Positions 45,046 through 54,136 of a stretch of 64,000 nt of DNA are shown piece after piece. A program made the position numbers and the translations under genes. The stretch's first letter is position 1; each line of letters starts with the position of its first letter. Below the pieces are notes generated by a model. The model saw only the letters and a program-made list of their open reading frames with translations. It was not told where the DNA came from and made no database searches. Source of the stretch: Burkholderiales bacterium (GTDB lineage: Bacteria; Pseudomonadota; Gammaproteobacteria; Burkholderiales; SG8-39); the NCBI GenBank assembly GCA_025458245.1, contig JALOSW010000002.1:4361-68360 (forward strand), written 5' to 3'.

Positions 45046-46971
45046 ATGACCAAGCATCTCGACGACATGCTCGTCAGCAACGCCTCCGCCAACCCCACGT
45101 TCGACGAGATCCTGCAGGCCTCGGTGACGCGCCGGCGCTTCCTCGGCATCGCCGGCGCGGTGGTGTCGCTGCCGGCGTTCGCCGTGCTCACGGGCTGCGC
45201 GACCAGCGACATGGGCAGCGCTCCGACCATCGGCTTCGCGTCCGTGCCGCCATCGACCGAGGACCGGTTCATCGTGCCGCCCGGTTACCGCGCGCAGGTG
45301 CTCTACCGCTGGGGCGACCCGGTCGGCATGGCGAGCGGACTGCCCGCGTTCCGTTCCGACGCGTCGAACTCGGCGGAGGACCAGGCGCTGCAAGCCGGCA
45401 TGCATCACGACGCGATCGAGTTCTTCGCGCTCCCGGAGGGGCCGGGCGGCGCGACGCGCGGACTGCTCGCGATGAACCACGAGTACACCGACGATGGGCT
45501 GCTGCACGCCGACGGCATGAAGACCTGGAGCGCGGAGAAGGTGCGCAAGTCGCAGGCGGCGCACGGCGTGTCGGTGATCGAGGTCGAGTTCGCGGGCGGC
45601 GAATGGCGCGTCGTGCGGCCCTCGCCCTATGCGCGGCGCGTCACCGCGAGCACGCCGATGACGATCGCCGGTCCAGCCGCCGGCAGCGAGTTCGTCAGGA
45701 CGGCCGCGGATCCCGAGGGCCGCGAGGCGCGCGGCACGCTCAATAACTGCGCCGGCGGACGCACGCCGTGGGGCACTTACCTGACCTGCGAGGAGAACTT
45801 CAACGGCTACTTCGCGGCGGGCGCGACCATCGCGGCCGACCAGGGGCGCTACGGCATCCGCAAAGGGGGCTGGGGATATCGATGGCACGAGTTCGACTCG
45901 CGCTTCGATCTCGCCCAGAACCCGAACGAAGCCAACCGCTTCGGCTGGGTCGTGGAGATCGATCCCTACGATCCGCAGTCCAAGCCGGTGAAGCGCACCG
46001 CGCTCGGCCGGGTCAAGCACGAGGGCGCGACGCTGACGCTCGCCGCCGACGCGCGGGTGGTGGTCTACACGGGCGACGACGAGCGCTTCGAATACGTCTA
46101 CAAGTTCGTGTCGCGCGACCGCTACGATCCGGCGAAGGGGAAGGCGAACGGTGCGCTGCTCGACCACGGCACGCTGTACGTCGCGCGGTTCGACGCCGAC
46201 GGGTCCGGACAATGGATCGCGCTCGAGCACGGCGCGAACGGGCTCACGGCGGCGAACGGCTTCCCGGACCAGGCGGCGATCTGCATTCGCACCCGGCAGG
46301 CGGGCGATCAGGTCGGCGCGACCAGGATGGATCGCCCCGAGTGGATCGCGGTCCACCCCGTCACCAAAGAGGTGTACTGCGCGCTCACCAACAATTCAGA
46401 GCGCGGGGGCAAGGGACAGGTCGGACCGGATGCGGCGAATCCGCGTGCCGCGAACCTCTACGGCCACATCGTCCGCTGGCGCGAGGCGGGGGGAGACCCG
46501 GCGGCGACACGCTTCGAGTGGGACGTGTTCGTCCTCGCGGGCGACAAGCAGAATCCCGATCCCGCCCGGCGCGGGACCGTCAAGGGCGACGACTTCGGCT
46601 GTCCGGACGGACTGTCGTTCGACGCGCGCGGCATTCTCTGGATCCAGACCGACGCCTCGTCCGGCGCGATGCGCAGCGCGGACTGGGCGCGCATCGGCAA
46701 CAACCAGATGCTCGCGGCGAACGTCGCGACCGGCGAGATCCGCCGCTTCATGACCGGTCCCCGCAACTGCGAGGTCACCGGCGCGACGCTGACGCCCGAT
46801 GGACGCACGATGTTCGTGAACATCCAGCATCCTGGCGAGACGCCGAGCGAGCGCTCGGATCCCGCGAATCCGCGGCAATACTCGAACTGGCCCGACCACG
46901 ATCCTGCGGGCCGCCCGCGCTCGGCGACCGTGGCGATCCGTCGCGAGGACGGCGGCGTCGTGGGAACCTGA
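45046..46971 (+). CDS. phoX: PhoX-family alkaline phosphatase (Tat signal, probable lipoprotein)
   Basis: 641 aa. Twin-arginine SVTRRRFLGIAG followed by lipobox LTGC. DUF839/PhoX body (VPPGYRAQVLYRWGDP, NCAGGRTPWGTYLTCEE, MDRPEW). Confidence 0.9.
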   Translation: MTKHLDDMLVSNASANPTFDEILQASVTRRRFLGIAGAVVSLPAFAVLTGCATSDMGSAPTIGFASVPPSTEDRFIVPPGYRAQVLYRWGDPVGMASGLPAFRSDASNSAEDQALQAGMHHDAIEFFALPEGPGGATRGLLAMNHEYTDDGLLHADGMKTWSAEKVRKSQAAHGVSVIEVEFAGGEWRVVRPSPYARRVTASTPMTIAGPAAGSEFVRTAADPEGREARGTLNNCAGGRTPWGTYLTCEENFNGYFAAGATIAADQGRYGIRKGGWGYRWHEFDSRFDLAQNPNEANRFGWVVEIDPYDPQSKPVKRTALGRVKHEGATLTLAADARVVVYTGDDERFEYVYKFVSRDRYDPAKGKANGALLDHGTLYVARFDADGSGQWIALEHGANGLTAANGFPDQAAICIRTRQAGDQVGATRMDRPEWIAVHPVTKEVYCALTNNSERGGKGQVGPDAANPRAANLYGHIVRWREAGGDPAATRFEWDVFVLAGDKQNPDPARRGTVKGDDFGCPDGLSFDARGILWIQTDASSGAMRSADWARIGNNQMLAANVATGEIRRFMTGPRNCEVTGATLTPDGRTMFVNIQHPGETPSERSDPANPRQYSNWPDHDPAGRPRSATVAIRREDGGVVGT

Positions 46972-47013
46972 GCCCGCTGCGACCGCTGCGACGAACGGTT
47001 GCCTCGTATTCAC

Positions 47014-47150
47014 CACGGAGACACGGGGAACACAGAGGGCCACGGATCGGACGATGCGGGAGGCGATGACCTACGTCCGCCTCGGCCGCCGCGACGGCAA
47101 CGACACCCGCGGGAGATCACGCCTTCTTCCGTGTCCTCCGTGTCTCCGTG
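47014..47150. repeat. inverted CACGGRGA-type repeat pair flanking an 80-nt spacer
   Basis: Left cacggagacacggggaacacagag (47014-47037). Right 47127-47150 reverse-complements to cacggagacacggaggacacggaa. 13 bp are perfect, about 20/24 overall. Confidence 0.8.
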
Positions 47151-47162
47151 CTGAACCGGCTT

Positions 47163-49271
47163 CTACACCGGCTTCTGCTCGCCGCCGAGGAGCATGAGCA
47201 GTTCGTCCTGCGCTCGGCGCGCCCGGCCGCGCGGCACGCGTCGGGTGTACACGCCGTTCGCATCCATCTCCCAGGCCTGGCTGTTGTCGGCGAGATAGGG
47301 TCGGAGCCCTTCACGGATCACGCGCTGCTTCAGGCTCTTGTCGAGCACCGGGAACGCGAGCTCGATGCGGCGGAAGAAGTTGCGGTCCATCCAGTCGGCG
47401 CTCGAAAGATAGACGGACTCCTTGCCGTCGGCATGGAAGTAGAAGACGCGCGAGTGCTCGAGAAATCTGCCGACGATCGAGCGCACGCGGATGCGTTCCG
47501 AAACGCCGGGGATGCCCGGACGCAGGGCGCACACGCCGCGAACAATGAGGTCGATCTCGACGCCCGCCTGCGAGGCCGAGTAGAGCGCGTCGATGACGTC
47601 CGGCTCGAGGAGCGCATTCATCTTGGCGATGATCCGCCCGCGCCTGCCCGCTTTCGCGATGCGCGTCTCGTTGCGGATCGCGTCGATGACGTTGTTGTGC
47701 AGCGTGAACGGCGCCTGCCAGAGGTGCTTCAGCTTGCTCGCCTTGCCGAGGCTCGTGAGTTGCACGAAGACGTCGGCCACTTCCGCGGTGATCGCTTCGT
47801 TCGCGGTGAAAAGGCCGAAGTCCGTGTAGAGGCGCGCCGTGCGCGGGTGATAGTTGCCGGTCGACAGATGGGCGTAGCGGCGCAGCTTGCCGTCCTCGCG
47901 CCGCACGACGAGAAGCGCCTTGGCGTGCGTCTTGTGACCCACGACGCCGTAGACGACATGGGCGCCGACCTCTTCCAGCCGCGCCGCCCAGTTGATGTTC
48001 GCCTCTTCGTCGAAGCGCGCCTTCAGCTCGACCACCGCGGTCACTTCCTTGCCGTTCGTGGCCGCCTCGATCAGCGCTTCCATGAGCACGGAGTCGGTGC
48101 CGGTGCGATACACGGTCTGCTTGATCGCGACCACGTTCGGGTCGCTCGCAGCCTGCTCGACGAATTCCACGACCGGCGCGAAGCTCTGGAACGGATGGTG
48201 CAGCAGGATGTCGCCGTCGCGCACCGCCTCGAAGATGTCGCGCCCCTTCTTGAGGCCCTTGCGCAAGGCCTTGGGCAAACCCGGCATGAACGGCCGGAAG
48301 AGCAGATCCTCGCGATCGATCCCGCCCGGCACCTGCATCAGCCGGACGAGGTTGACCGGCCCGTTCACCTGGTAGAGATCCGCGGGGCCGAGCTGGAACT
48401 GCTCCAGCAGGAACTCGACCATCTGCGCCGGGCAGTCGTGCGCGACTTCCAGGCGGACCGCGTCGCCGAAATGGCGCTGCGGCAACTCGCCCTGCAGCGC
48501 GAGGCGCAGGTCCTTGACGTCCTCTTCCTCGACGAAGAGATCGCTGTTGCGCGTGACGCGGAACTGGTAGCAGCCCGTGGTCGTGCGCCCCGCGAACAGC
48601 TCGCCGACGTGCTCGTGCAGGATCGAGGTCAGGAAGACGAAATTGATCGCGTCCTTCGCCGCCAGCTCCCTGGGCAGCCGGATCACGCGCGGCAGGATGC
48701 GCGGCGCCTGCACGATCGCGGCGCGGGAATCGCGGCCGAAGGCGTCGCGGCCCTCGAGTTCGACGGCGAAGTTGAGGCTCTTGTTGAACACGCGCGGGAA
48801 GGGGTGCGCCGGATCGAGCCCGATCGGCGTGAGCACCGGCAGCATCTCGCGCTCGAAATAGCTGCGGATCCAGGCGCGCTGCGCCTCGGTGAATTCGGAG
48901 CGGCGCAGGAACCGGATGCCCTCGCGGGCGAGATCCGGGACGATCACCTTCTGGAAGAGCTCGTACTGGCGCTGCACCAGCGCATGCGCGCCCTGGGAGA
49001 CGCGCGCGAAGACTTCGCGCGCGCTCATGCCGTCGGGGCCGATGCCGGGCACGCCGAGCTTGATCTGCTCCTTCAGGCCGCCGACGCGCACTTCGAAGAA
49101 CTCGTCGAGATTCGAGCTGACGATGCCGAGGAACCGCAGGCGCTCCAGCGCCGGCACGCGCTTGTCCTCGGCCTGGGCGAGCACGCGCCGATTGAACTCG
49201 AGAATCCCGAGTTCGCGATTGAGCAGGCGGCTCTCCGGCGCGGCGAGCGGGGTTCCGGCCTTGATGAGCAT
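47163..49271 (-). CDS. ppk: polyphosphate kinase 1
   Basis: 702 aa. LNRELGILEFNRRVL, SNLDEFFEVRV, and two PLD-like HKxxxxD-type regions (GHKTHAKALLVVRRE; RFLEHSRVFYF). Confidence 0.96.
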   Translation of the reverse strand: MLIKAGTPLAAPESRLLNRELGILEFNRRVLAQAEDKRVPALERLRFLGIVSSNLDEFFEVRVGGLKEQIKLGVPGIGPDGMSAREVFARVSQGAHALVQRQYELFQKVIVPDLAREGIRFLRRSEFTEAQRAWIRSYFEREMLPVLTPIGLDPAHPFPRVFNKSLNFAVELEGRDAFGRDSRAAIVQAPRILPRVIRLPRELAAKDAINFVFLTSILHEHVGELFAGRTTTGCYQFRVTRNSDLFVEEEDVKDLRLALQGELPQRHFGDAVRLEVAHDCPAQMVEFLLEQFQLGPADLYQVNGPVNLVRLMQVPGGIDREDLLFRPFMPGLPKALRKGLKKGRDIFEAVRDGDILLHHPFQSFAPVVEFVEQAASDPNVVAIKQTVYRTGTDSVLMEALIEAATNGKEVTAVVELKARFDEEANINWAARLEEVGAHVVYGVVGHKTHAKALLVVRREDGKLRRYAHLSTGNYHPRTARLYTDFGLFTANEAITAEVADVFVQLTSLGKASKLKHLWQAPFTLHNNVIDAIRNETRIAKAGRRGRIIAKMNALLEPDVIDALYSASQAGVEIDLIVRGVCALRPGIPGVSERIRVRSIVGRFLEHSRVFYFHADGKESVYLSSADWMDRNFFRRIELAFPVLDKSLKQRVIREGLRPYLADNSQAWEMDANGVYTRRVPRGRARRAQDELLMLLGGEQKPV

Positions 49272-49321
49272 GCGGGGGGATCGATGAGGTGGGACGCGAC
49301 GATGTTACACGACGGCCCCCG

Positions 49322-49355
49322 GTTAAATACAACTGTCATATCTCTGTAATAGGGT
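49322..49355 (+). promoter_or_regulatory. consensus Pho box CTGTCAT-ATCT-CTGTAAT
   Basis: CTGTCAT at 49333-49339 and CTGTAAT at 49344-49350. A weaker GTTAAAT lies one phase upstream. A possible -10 TAGGGT lies at 49350-49355. Located in the ppk/phoU divergent gap. Confidence 0.7.
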
Positions 49356-49383
49356 GCGGGACATCGCCGACGGGAGTCCTGCC

Positions 49384-50094
49384 ATGCAGTCACCGAGCCA
49401 TACGTCCAAGGAGTTCGACGCCGAGCTGGAGCTCCTGCGCCGGCAGATCCTCACCATGGGCGGGATCGCCGAGCAGCAGATCCGCTACTCGGTCGAGGCG
49501 CTGCGCACGGGCGACCCGAAGCTCGTGACGCGCGTGGCGGCGGAGGAGCTGCGCATGAACGAGCTCGAGCGGAAGGTGGACGAGCTGGTCGCGAGCGTCA
49601 TCGCGCGCCGCAATCCCACCGCCGGCGATCTGCGCATGGTGATGGCGATCCTCAAGACGGGGACCGATCTCGAGCGCATCGGCGACGAGGCGAAGAAAAT
49701 CGCGCTCGCGAGCCGGTCGCTTTCGACGGGCGATCGGCTGCGGCATCCGGGGTACGCCGAAATCGCGCAGGTCGCCGCGGTCGTCGTCGAGATGCTGCAG
49801 CGTTCGCTCGATGCGTTCGCGCGCCTCGATCTCGTCGACACGCCCGAGATCGTGCGTCTCGACGACGAGGTCGACGACCGCTTCCGCGCCATCCTGCGGC
49901 AGCTGCTGACCTACATGATCGAGGATCCGCGCACGATCTCGCCGGCGCTCGAGACGATCTTCGTCGCCAAGGCGCTCGAGCGGATCGGCGACCACGCCAA
50001 GAACATCTCCGAGTATCTGATCTACATGATCAAGGGAAAGGACGTTCGCCACCTGCCGGTCGCTGCGCTCGAGGAGGCGGTGCGCGGAGGTTGA
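49384..50094 (+). CDS. phoU: phosphate signalling complex protein PhoU
   Basis: 236 aa from MQSPSHTSKEFDAELELLRRQILTMGG. Duplicated E(R)IGD motifs (DLERIGDEAKKIA, ALERIGDHAKNIS). Confidence 0.93.
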   Translation: MQSPSHTSKEFDAELELLRRQILTMGGIAEQQIRYSVEALRTGDPKLVTRVAAEELRMNELERKVDELVASVIARRNPTAGDLRMVMAILKTGTDLERIGDEAKKIALASRSLSTGDRLRHPGYAEIAQVAAVVVEMLQRSLDAFARLDLVDTPEIVRLDDEVDDRFRAILRQLLTYMIEDPRTISPALETIFVAKALERIGDHAKNISEYLIYMIKGKDVRHLPVAALEEAVRGG

Positions 50095-50127
50095 TCGCCG
50101 CGGTTGCGACGCCCGGTGGGGGGTGCT

Positions 50128-51660
50128 ATGGTCGACGCGCACAGGGGACGGCTCAGGCTCGTGGACTACGATTCGCTCGCTGCCGTCGATCTCGGCTCGA
50201 ACAGCTTTCATCTGCAGATCGGCCGCGTCGTCGACGACCAGATCTACCCGCTCGACAGCCTGCGCGAACCGGTGCGGCTCGGCGCGGGTCTGACGCGCGA
50301 CAAGCGCCTCGACCGGGCCACGCAGGCGCGTGCTCTGGAGTCGCTCGCCCGCTTCGGCGAGCGGCTGCGCGGGTTCGCGCCCGGGGCGGTGCGCGCGGTC
50401 GGCACGAACGCGTTGCGCGTCGCCAAGAACGCGGCCGACTTTCTCGCCGAGGCGGAGCGGGCGCTCGGCTTCCCCATCGAGGTGATTTTCGGCCGCGAAG
50501 AGGCGCGCCTCATCTATCTCGGCGTGTCGCACGCGCTGCCGCCTTCGCCCGAGCGCCGGCTGGTGATCGACATCGGCGGCGGCTCCACCGAATTCATCAT
50601 CGGCACCGGCTATGACCCGCAGGTCATGGAAAGCCTGCCGATGGGATGCGTGAGCTACTCGTTGCGGTATTTCCCCGACGGCCGCATCGACAAGGGTGGC
50701 ATGAAGCGGGCCGAGCTGGCCGCCTCCAACGAGGTGCAGCGCATCGTGGGCGAATACCGGCGGGTCGGCTGGCGCCACGCGATCGCGTCGTCGGGCACCG
50801 CGCGGTCGATCGCCGCGGTGATCGCGGCGTTGGGCTGGGCGGACAACGGCATCACGCCGGACGGGCTCGAGCGCCTGCGCAATCACGTTCTCAAGGCCGG
50901 CGCCGTCGACCGGCTCGATCTTCCGGCGCTCAAGGCCGACCGGCTCGCGATTCTTCCGGGCGGCGTCGCGATCATGTCCGCGATCGTGTCGGAACTCGGT
51001 CTCGCGCAAGTGGAAGTGTCCGACGGCGCGCTGCGCCAGGGCGTGCTCTACGACCTTCTCGGCCGGGTGCAGCACCACGACATGCGCGAGGCGACCGTGG
51101 CGCAGTTCATGCGGCGCTACCATGTCGACGCGGCGCAGGCCGGACGCGTCGAGGCGCTCGCCTTGCGCCTGCTCCGCGAGGTCGCGGGCCGGCCGCGCGC
51201 GGACGAGGTGCAGCTCCTGCGCTGGGCGGCTTCGCTGCACGAGATCGGACTGTCGATCGCGCAGGCGGGCTACCACAAGCACTCGGCGTACATCCTGTCG
51301 AACGCCGACATGCCGGGCTTCTCCCAGGCCGATCAGCGGCGGCTCGCGCGCATCGTCCTCGCGCACCGCGGCAAGCTCACCAAGATCGAGAGCCTGCCGA
51401 TGCGCAGCGCCGACTGGGATCTCATCTTCGCGGTGCGCATCGCCGCGCTGTTCTACCGGAGCCGGGTGGACACGGTGCTCCCGCCGCTCGGATGCCGCGA
51501 GACCGAGAGCGGTTTCCAGTTGCTCCTGCCGTCGCCGTGGCTCGAGGCGCATCCGCTCACCGCCGCGGCGCTCGAATCCGAGGAAGACGACTGGAAGGCG
51601 CTCGGCATGCGCCTCGACGTCAAGGCCGTCGCCGCCGAGAAGCTGGCCGCGGCGGGATGA
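50128..51660 (+). CDS. ppx: exopolyphosphatase (Ppx/GppA family)
   Basis: 510 aa from MVDAHRG. AAVDLGSNSFHLQIG, GTNALR, EEARLIYLGV, DIGGGSTE, and an HD-like C-terminal domain. Confidence 0.93.
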   Translation: MVDAHRGRLRLVDYDSLAAVDLGSNSFHLQIGRVVDDQIYPLDSLREPVRLGAGLTRDKRLDRATQARALESLARFGERLRGFAPGAVRAVGTNALRVAKNAADFLAEAERALGFPIEVIFGREEARLIYLGVSHALPPSPERRLVIDIGGGSTEFIIGTGYDPQVMESLPMGCVSYSLRYFPDGRIDKGGMKRAELAASNEVQRIVGEYRRVGWRHAIASSGTARSIAAVIAALGWADNGITPDGLERLRNHVLKAGAVDRLDLPALKADRLAILPGGVAIMSAIVSELGLAQVEVSDGALRQGVLYDLLGRVQHHDMREATVAQFMRRYHVDAAQAGRVEALALRLLREVAGRPRADEVQLLRWAASLHEIGLSIAQAGYHKHSAYILSNADMPGFSQADQRRLARIVLAHRGKLTKIESLPMRSADWDLIFAVRIAALFYRSRVDTVLPPLGCRETESGFQLLLPSPWLEAHPLTAAALESEEDDWKALGMRLDVKAVAAEKLAAAG

Positions 51661-51727
51661 GCCGGGCGCCTGCGACGGGTTCGCGCGCTTCTCCGCGGGC
51701 CTTGGGCTCGTTCACCACTGCGGCACG

Positions 51728-51790
51728 GGCGACACTCGCGACACTCGGAACATGCGGGACACTCGGGACACGCGGGACACGCGGAACGTG
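51728..51790. repeat. 7 x 9-bp tandem repeat (CGGGACACK consensus)
   Basis: ggcgacact cgcgacact cggaacatg cgggacact cgggacacg cgggacacg cggaacgtg. Lies in the convergent ppx/sixA gap. Confidence 0.9.
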
Positions 51791-51889
51791 GCCGGCCACC
51801 GTGGCGGGGTATCGGACATCCGAAGGCGCTCCGACGCGCCGCGATGATCCTTCGCAGGCCTTCGCGGCCGCCGCGCCCCGGTGGTGAGC

Positions 51890-52342
51890 TCAGAGCAGCT
51901 CGGGTGAAATCACTGCCGTCAGCACGACCTCGACGCGGCCCGCGCGCTCGCGCGCGCTGAACCACCAGATCGCGCCCTTGCGGACGCTCCACTCGGTGTC
52001 GCTGGCGGCGAGCAGCCGCGCCGCCACTTCGCCCAGCGTGGGCTGGTGTCCGACGACCACCACCGTGCCGCCGCGATGCGGCCACTTTGCGGCCTGCAGC
52101 ACATCGTCGGCCGACGCGCCGACGTCGACCGCCGCGTTCGGCGCGTACTTCCTTCCGAGGGCGTCGGCCGTCTCCCGCGCGCGCACGGCCGGGCTCACGA
52201 CGAGCTTCGCTTTGCCGGGCAGCCGGGCGTCGAGCCACTCGGCCATCTTCTTCGCCTGCTTCCGGCCTCGCTTGGTCAGGCGGCGCGCGGCGTCGGGCAC
52301 GCCTTCCTCGGCCTCGGCGTGCCGCCACAGCACGAGATCCAT
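51890..52342 (-). CDS. sixA: phosphohistidine phosphatase SixA
   Basis: MDLVLWRHAEAEEG (RHG-type RHA motif) ... VVVGHQPTLG. An alternative upstream start lies at 52375. Confidence 0.85.
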   Translation of the reverse strand: MDLVLWRHAEAEEGVPDAARRLTKRGRKQAKKMAEWLDARLPGKAKLVVSPAVRARETADALGRKYAPNAAVDVGASADDVLQAAKWPHRGGTVVVVGHQPTLGEVAARLLAASDTEWSVRKGAIWWFSARERAGRVEVVLTAVISPELL

Positions 52343-52415
52343 CAGCCTTCGGGCTTCGTTTTCGCGCGCGAGCATGACCTGCCTTTCGGACCGGAACGCC
52401 TACCCGGGCGCGATG

Positions 52416-52976
52416 TTAGCCGTTCGTCGCCAGGAGCGCGAGCAGGCCGGTCGCGACGAACAGCCCCGCAGCGACGTAGCGCATGACCTTCATGTTGATG
52501 CGCGTCGCCAGCGCTTCGCCGACGAGGACCGCGGGCACGTTGGCGATCATCATGCCGAGCGTGGTGCCGAGCACCACCGGCACGACCTCGCCGTAGCGCG
52601 TGCCGAGAGCGATGGTGGCGAGCTGCGTCTTGTCGCCCATCTCGACGATGAAGAACGCCACGAGCGTCGTCGCGAACGCGTTGCGCGATGTGCGCGATCC
52701 GCGGTCCTCGAGCTTGTCGGGCACGAGCGCCCAGGCGGCGAACGCGAAGAACGCGATCGCGGTGGTCCAGCGCTGCGCCGCGGGCGACAGGAAGGTGGCG
52801 AGCCAGACGCCGAGCGACCCTGCGAGAGCGTGGTTCGCGAGCGTCGCGAACAGGATGCCCAGAATGATCGGCACCGGCTTGCGCAACTGGGCGGCCAGCA
52901 CGAACGAGAGCAGCTGCGTCTTGTCGCCGATCTCGGCGAGCGCGACGAGCGCGGTCGATGTCAGGAACGATTCCAA
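52416..52976 (-). CDS. TMEM165/GDT1 (UPF0016) family cation (Mn2+/Ca2+) transporter
   Basis: 186 aa with the duplicated E-x-G-D-K-T/S motif (AEIGDKTQLL and VEMGDKTQLA). Confidence 0.88.
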   Translation of the reverse strand: MESFLTSTALVALAEIGDKTQLLSFVLAAQLRKPVPIILGILFATLANHALAGSLGVWLATFLSPAAQRWTTAIAFFAFAAWALVPDKLEDRGSRTSRNAFATTLVAFFIVEMGDKTQLATIALGTRYGEVVPVVLGTTLGMMIANVPAVLVGEALATRINMKVMRYVAAGLFVATGLLALLATNG

Positions 52977-53066
52977 GCGGTCGCTCGCGGCGGGTGCTCG
53001 CGCGAAGGTCGGTCGGGTCGAAGGCGCCGCCGTACGCGCAGCGGCGCGGACGGATCGAACAACCGG

Positions 53067-53522
53067 CTACTTCCCCCGATTGCCGCTTCCCGCGCGGGCT
53101 GGCCGGTGCGGGCAGTCGGACTTCAGGCAGTCGGCGTAGATGTACAGAGAGTGCGCGCGGATCGCGAAGCCGCGCTGCTTGGCGATCTTCAGCTGGCGCT
53201 TCTCGATCTCCTCGTCGAAGAACTCTTCGACGCGCCCGCAGGACAGGCATACGAGGTGATCGTGGTGGCTGGAGTCGTTCAGCTCGAACACCGCCTTGCC
53301 GGACTCGAAGTGGTGCCGCTGAAGCAGGCCCGCCTGCTCGAACTGCGTGAGCACCCGGTAGACGGTCGCGAGGCCGACGTCGATGCCCTCTGTCATGAGC
53401 TGCCGATAGACGTCCTCGGCGGAGAGATGGCGCACCGTGCTCTTTTCGAAGAGCTCGAGTATCCGCAGCCTCGGCGCGGTGGCCTTGAGGCCGATCGTCT
53501 TCAGGTCCTGCGAACTGGGCAT
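53067..53522 (-). CDS. fur: ferric uptake regulator
   Basis: [15 protein letters not shown]...HLSAEDVY...[15 protein letters not shown]...[16 protein letters not shown]. Confidence 0.95.
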   Translation of the reverse strand: MPSSQDLKTIGLKATAPRLRILELFEKSTVRHLSAEDVYRQLMTEGIDVGLATVYRVLTQFEQAGLLQRHHFESGKAVFELNDSSHHDHLVCLSCGRVEEFFDEEIEKRQLKIAKQRGFAIRAHSLYIYADCLKSDCPHRPARAGSGNRGK

Positions 53523-53735
53523 GCGGCGCGTGACGTGCGGGAGGATCGACGAATTCCGCTATGATATACGAGACCTTCTGCACGAAAGAGAACGCGCCGG
53601 AGCGGCTCGGAGCGAGGCGCGCAGGCGCACGTGAACGCGAAATCATGGTTTCCTGAGGCGTCGCTCTCCGGTTTCCTCGCGGCGCGGGCTCCATGGGCTC
53701 GCATCGCGGCCGGAGCGCCCGCCCGATCGTCCCCG

Positions 53736-54128
53736 ATGCGCATCGCGATTCCATTCGCACTCCTCGCCGTCGTCGCGACCGCCGGTTGCAGCATGCCGAG
53801 TTTCGGCGTGCCGCGGTTCCTCGAGCCCTACCGGATGGAGGTCCAGCAGGGCAACTACATCCCGCAGGAGGCCGCGCTGCAGCTCAAGCCGGGGATGACG
53901 AAGGACCAGGTGCGGTTCCTCCTCGGGACGCCGCTTCTCAACGACGTGTTCCACCAGGACCGCTGGGACTACGTGTTTCGCCGTCAGCGCGCCAACGCGA
54001 CCGAGATCGAAGAGCAGCGGCTGACGCTCCTCTTCAAGGACGACCGCCTGGTGCAGATGATCGGCGACGCGGCGCCCGAGATCGTGAGCGAGGATGCGCC
54101 GCCGGCCGGCGCGTCGCGACCCCGCTAG
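53736..54128 (+). CDS. bamE: outer membrane protein assembly factor BamE
   Basis: Lipoprotein signal [62 protein letters not shown] is the SmpA/OmlA domain. Confidence 0.9.
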   Translation: MRIAIPFALLAVVATAGCSMPSFGVPRFLEPYRMEVQQGNYIPQEAALQLKPGMTKDQVRFLLGTPLLNDVFHQDRWDYVFRRQRANATEIEEQRLTLLFKDDRLVQMIGDAAPEIVSEDAPPAGASRPR

Positions 54129-54136
54129 GAACGACG

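Noticed and set aside
47066-47200. About 45-codon ORF inside the inverted-repeat spacer, preceded by GGGAGG.
   Set aside because: The SD-to-ATG spacing is only 2 nt. The ORF runs antisense into the 3' end of ppk and has shadow-like composition.
51453-52328. Minus-strand ORF translating the 9-bp repeat as a CPxCPxC-like Cys-rich stretch, and the plus-strand mini-ORF 51752..51847 (MRDTRDTRDTRNV...).
   Set aside because: The long ORF overlaps sixA out of frame and is otherwise Arg/Ala-rich shadow sequence. The mini-ORF has no RBS. The repeat-derived periodic peptides are a by-product of the 9-bp unit.
53555-53570. Fur box / divergent -10 elements in the fur-bamE gap (gctATGATATACGag).
   Set aside because: Only a single ATGATA hexamer matches the 19-bp Fur consensus. 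TATGAT (plus) and TATCAT/TATATC (minus) could be -10 boxes, but no -35 or spacing support was found.
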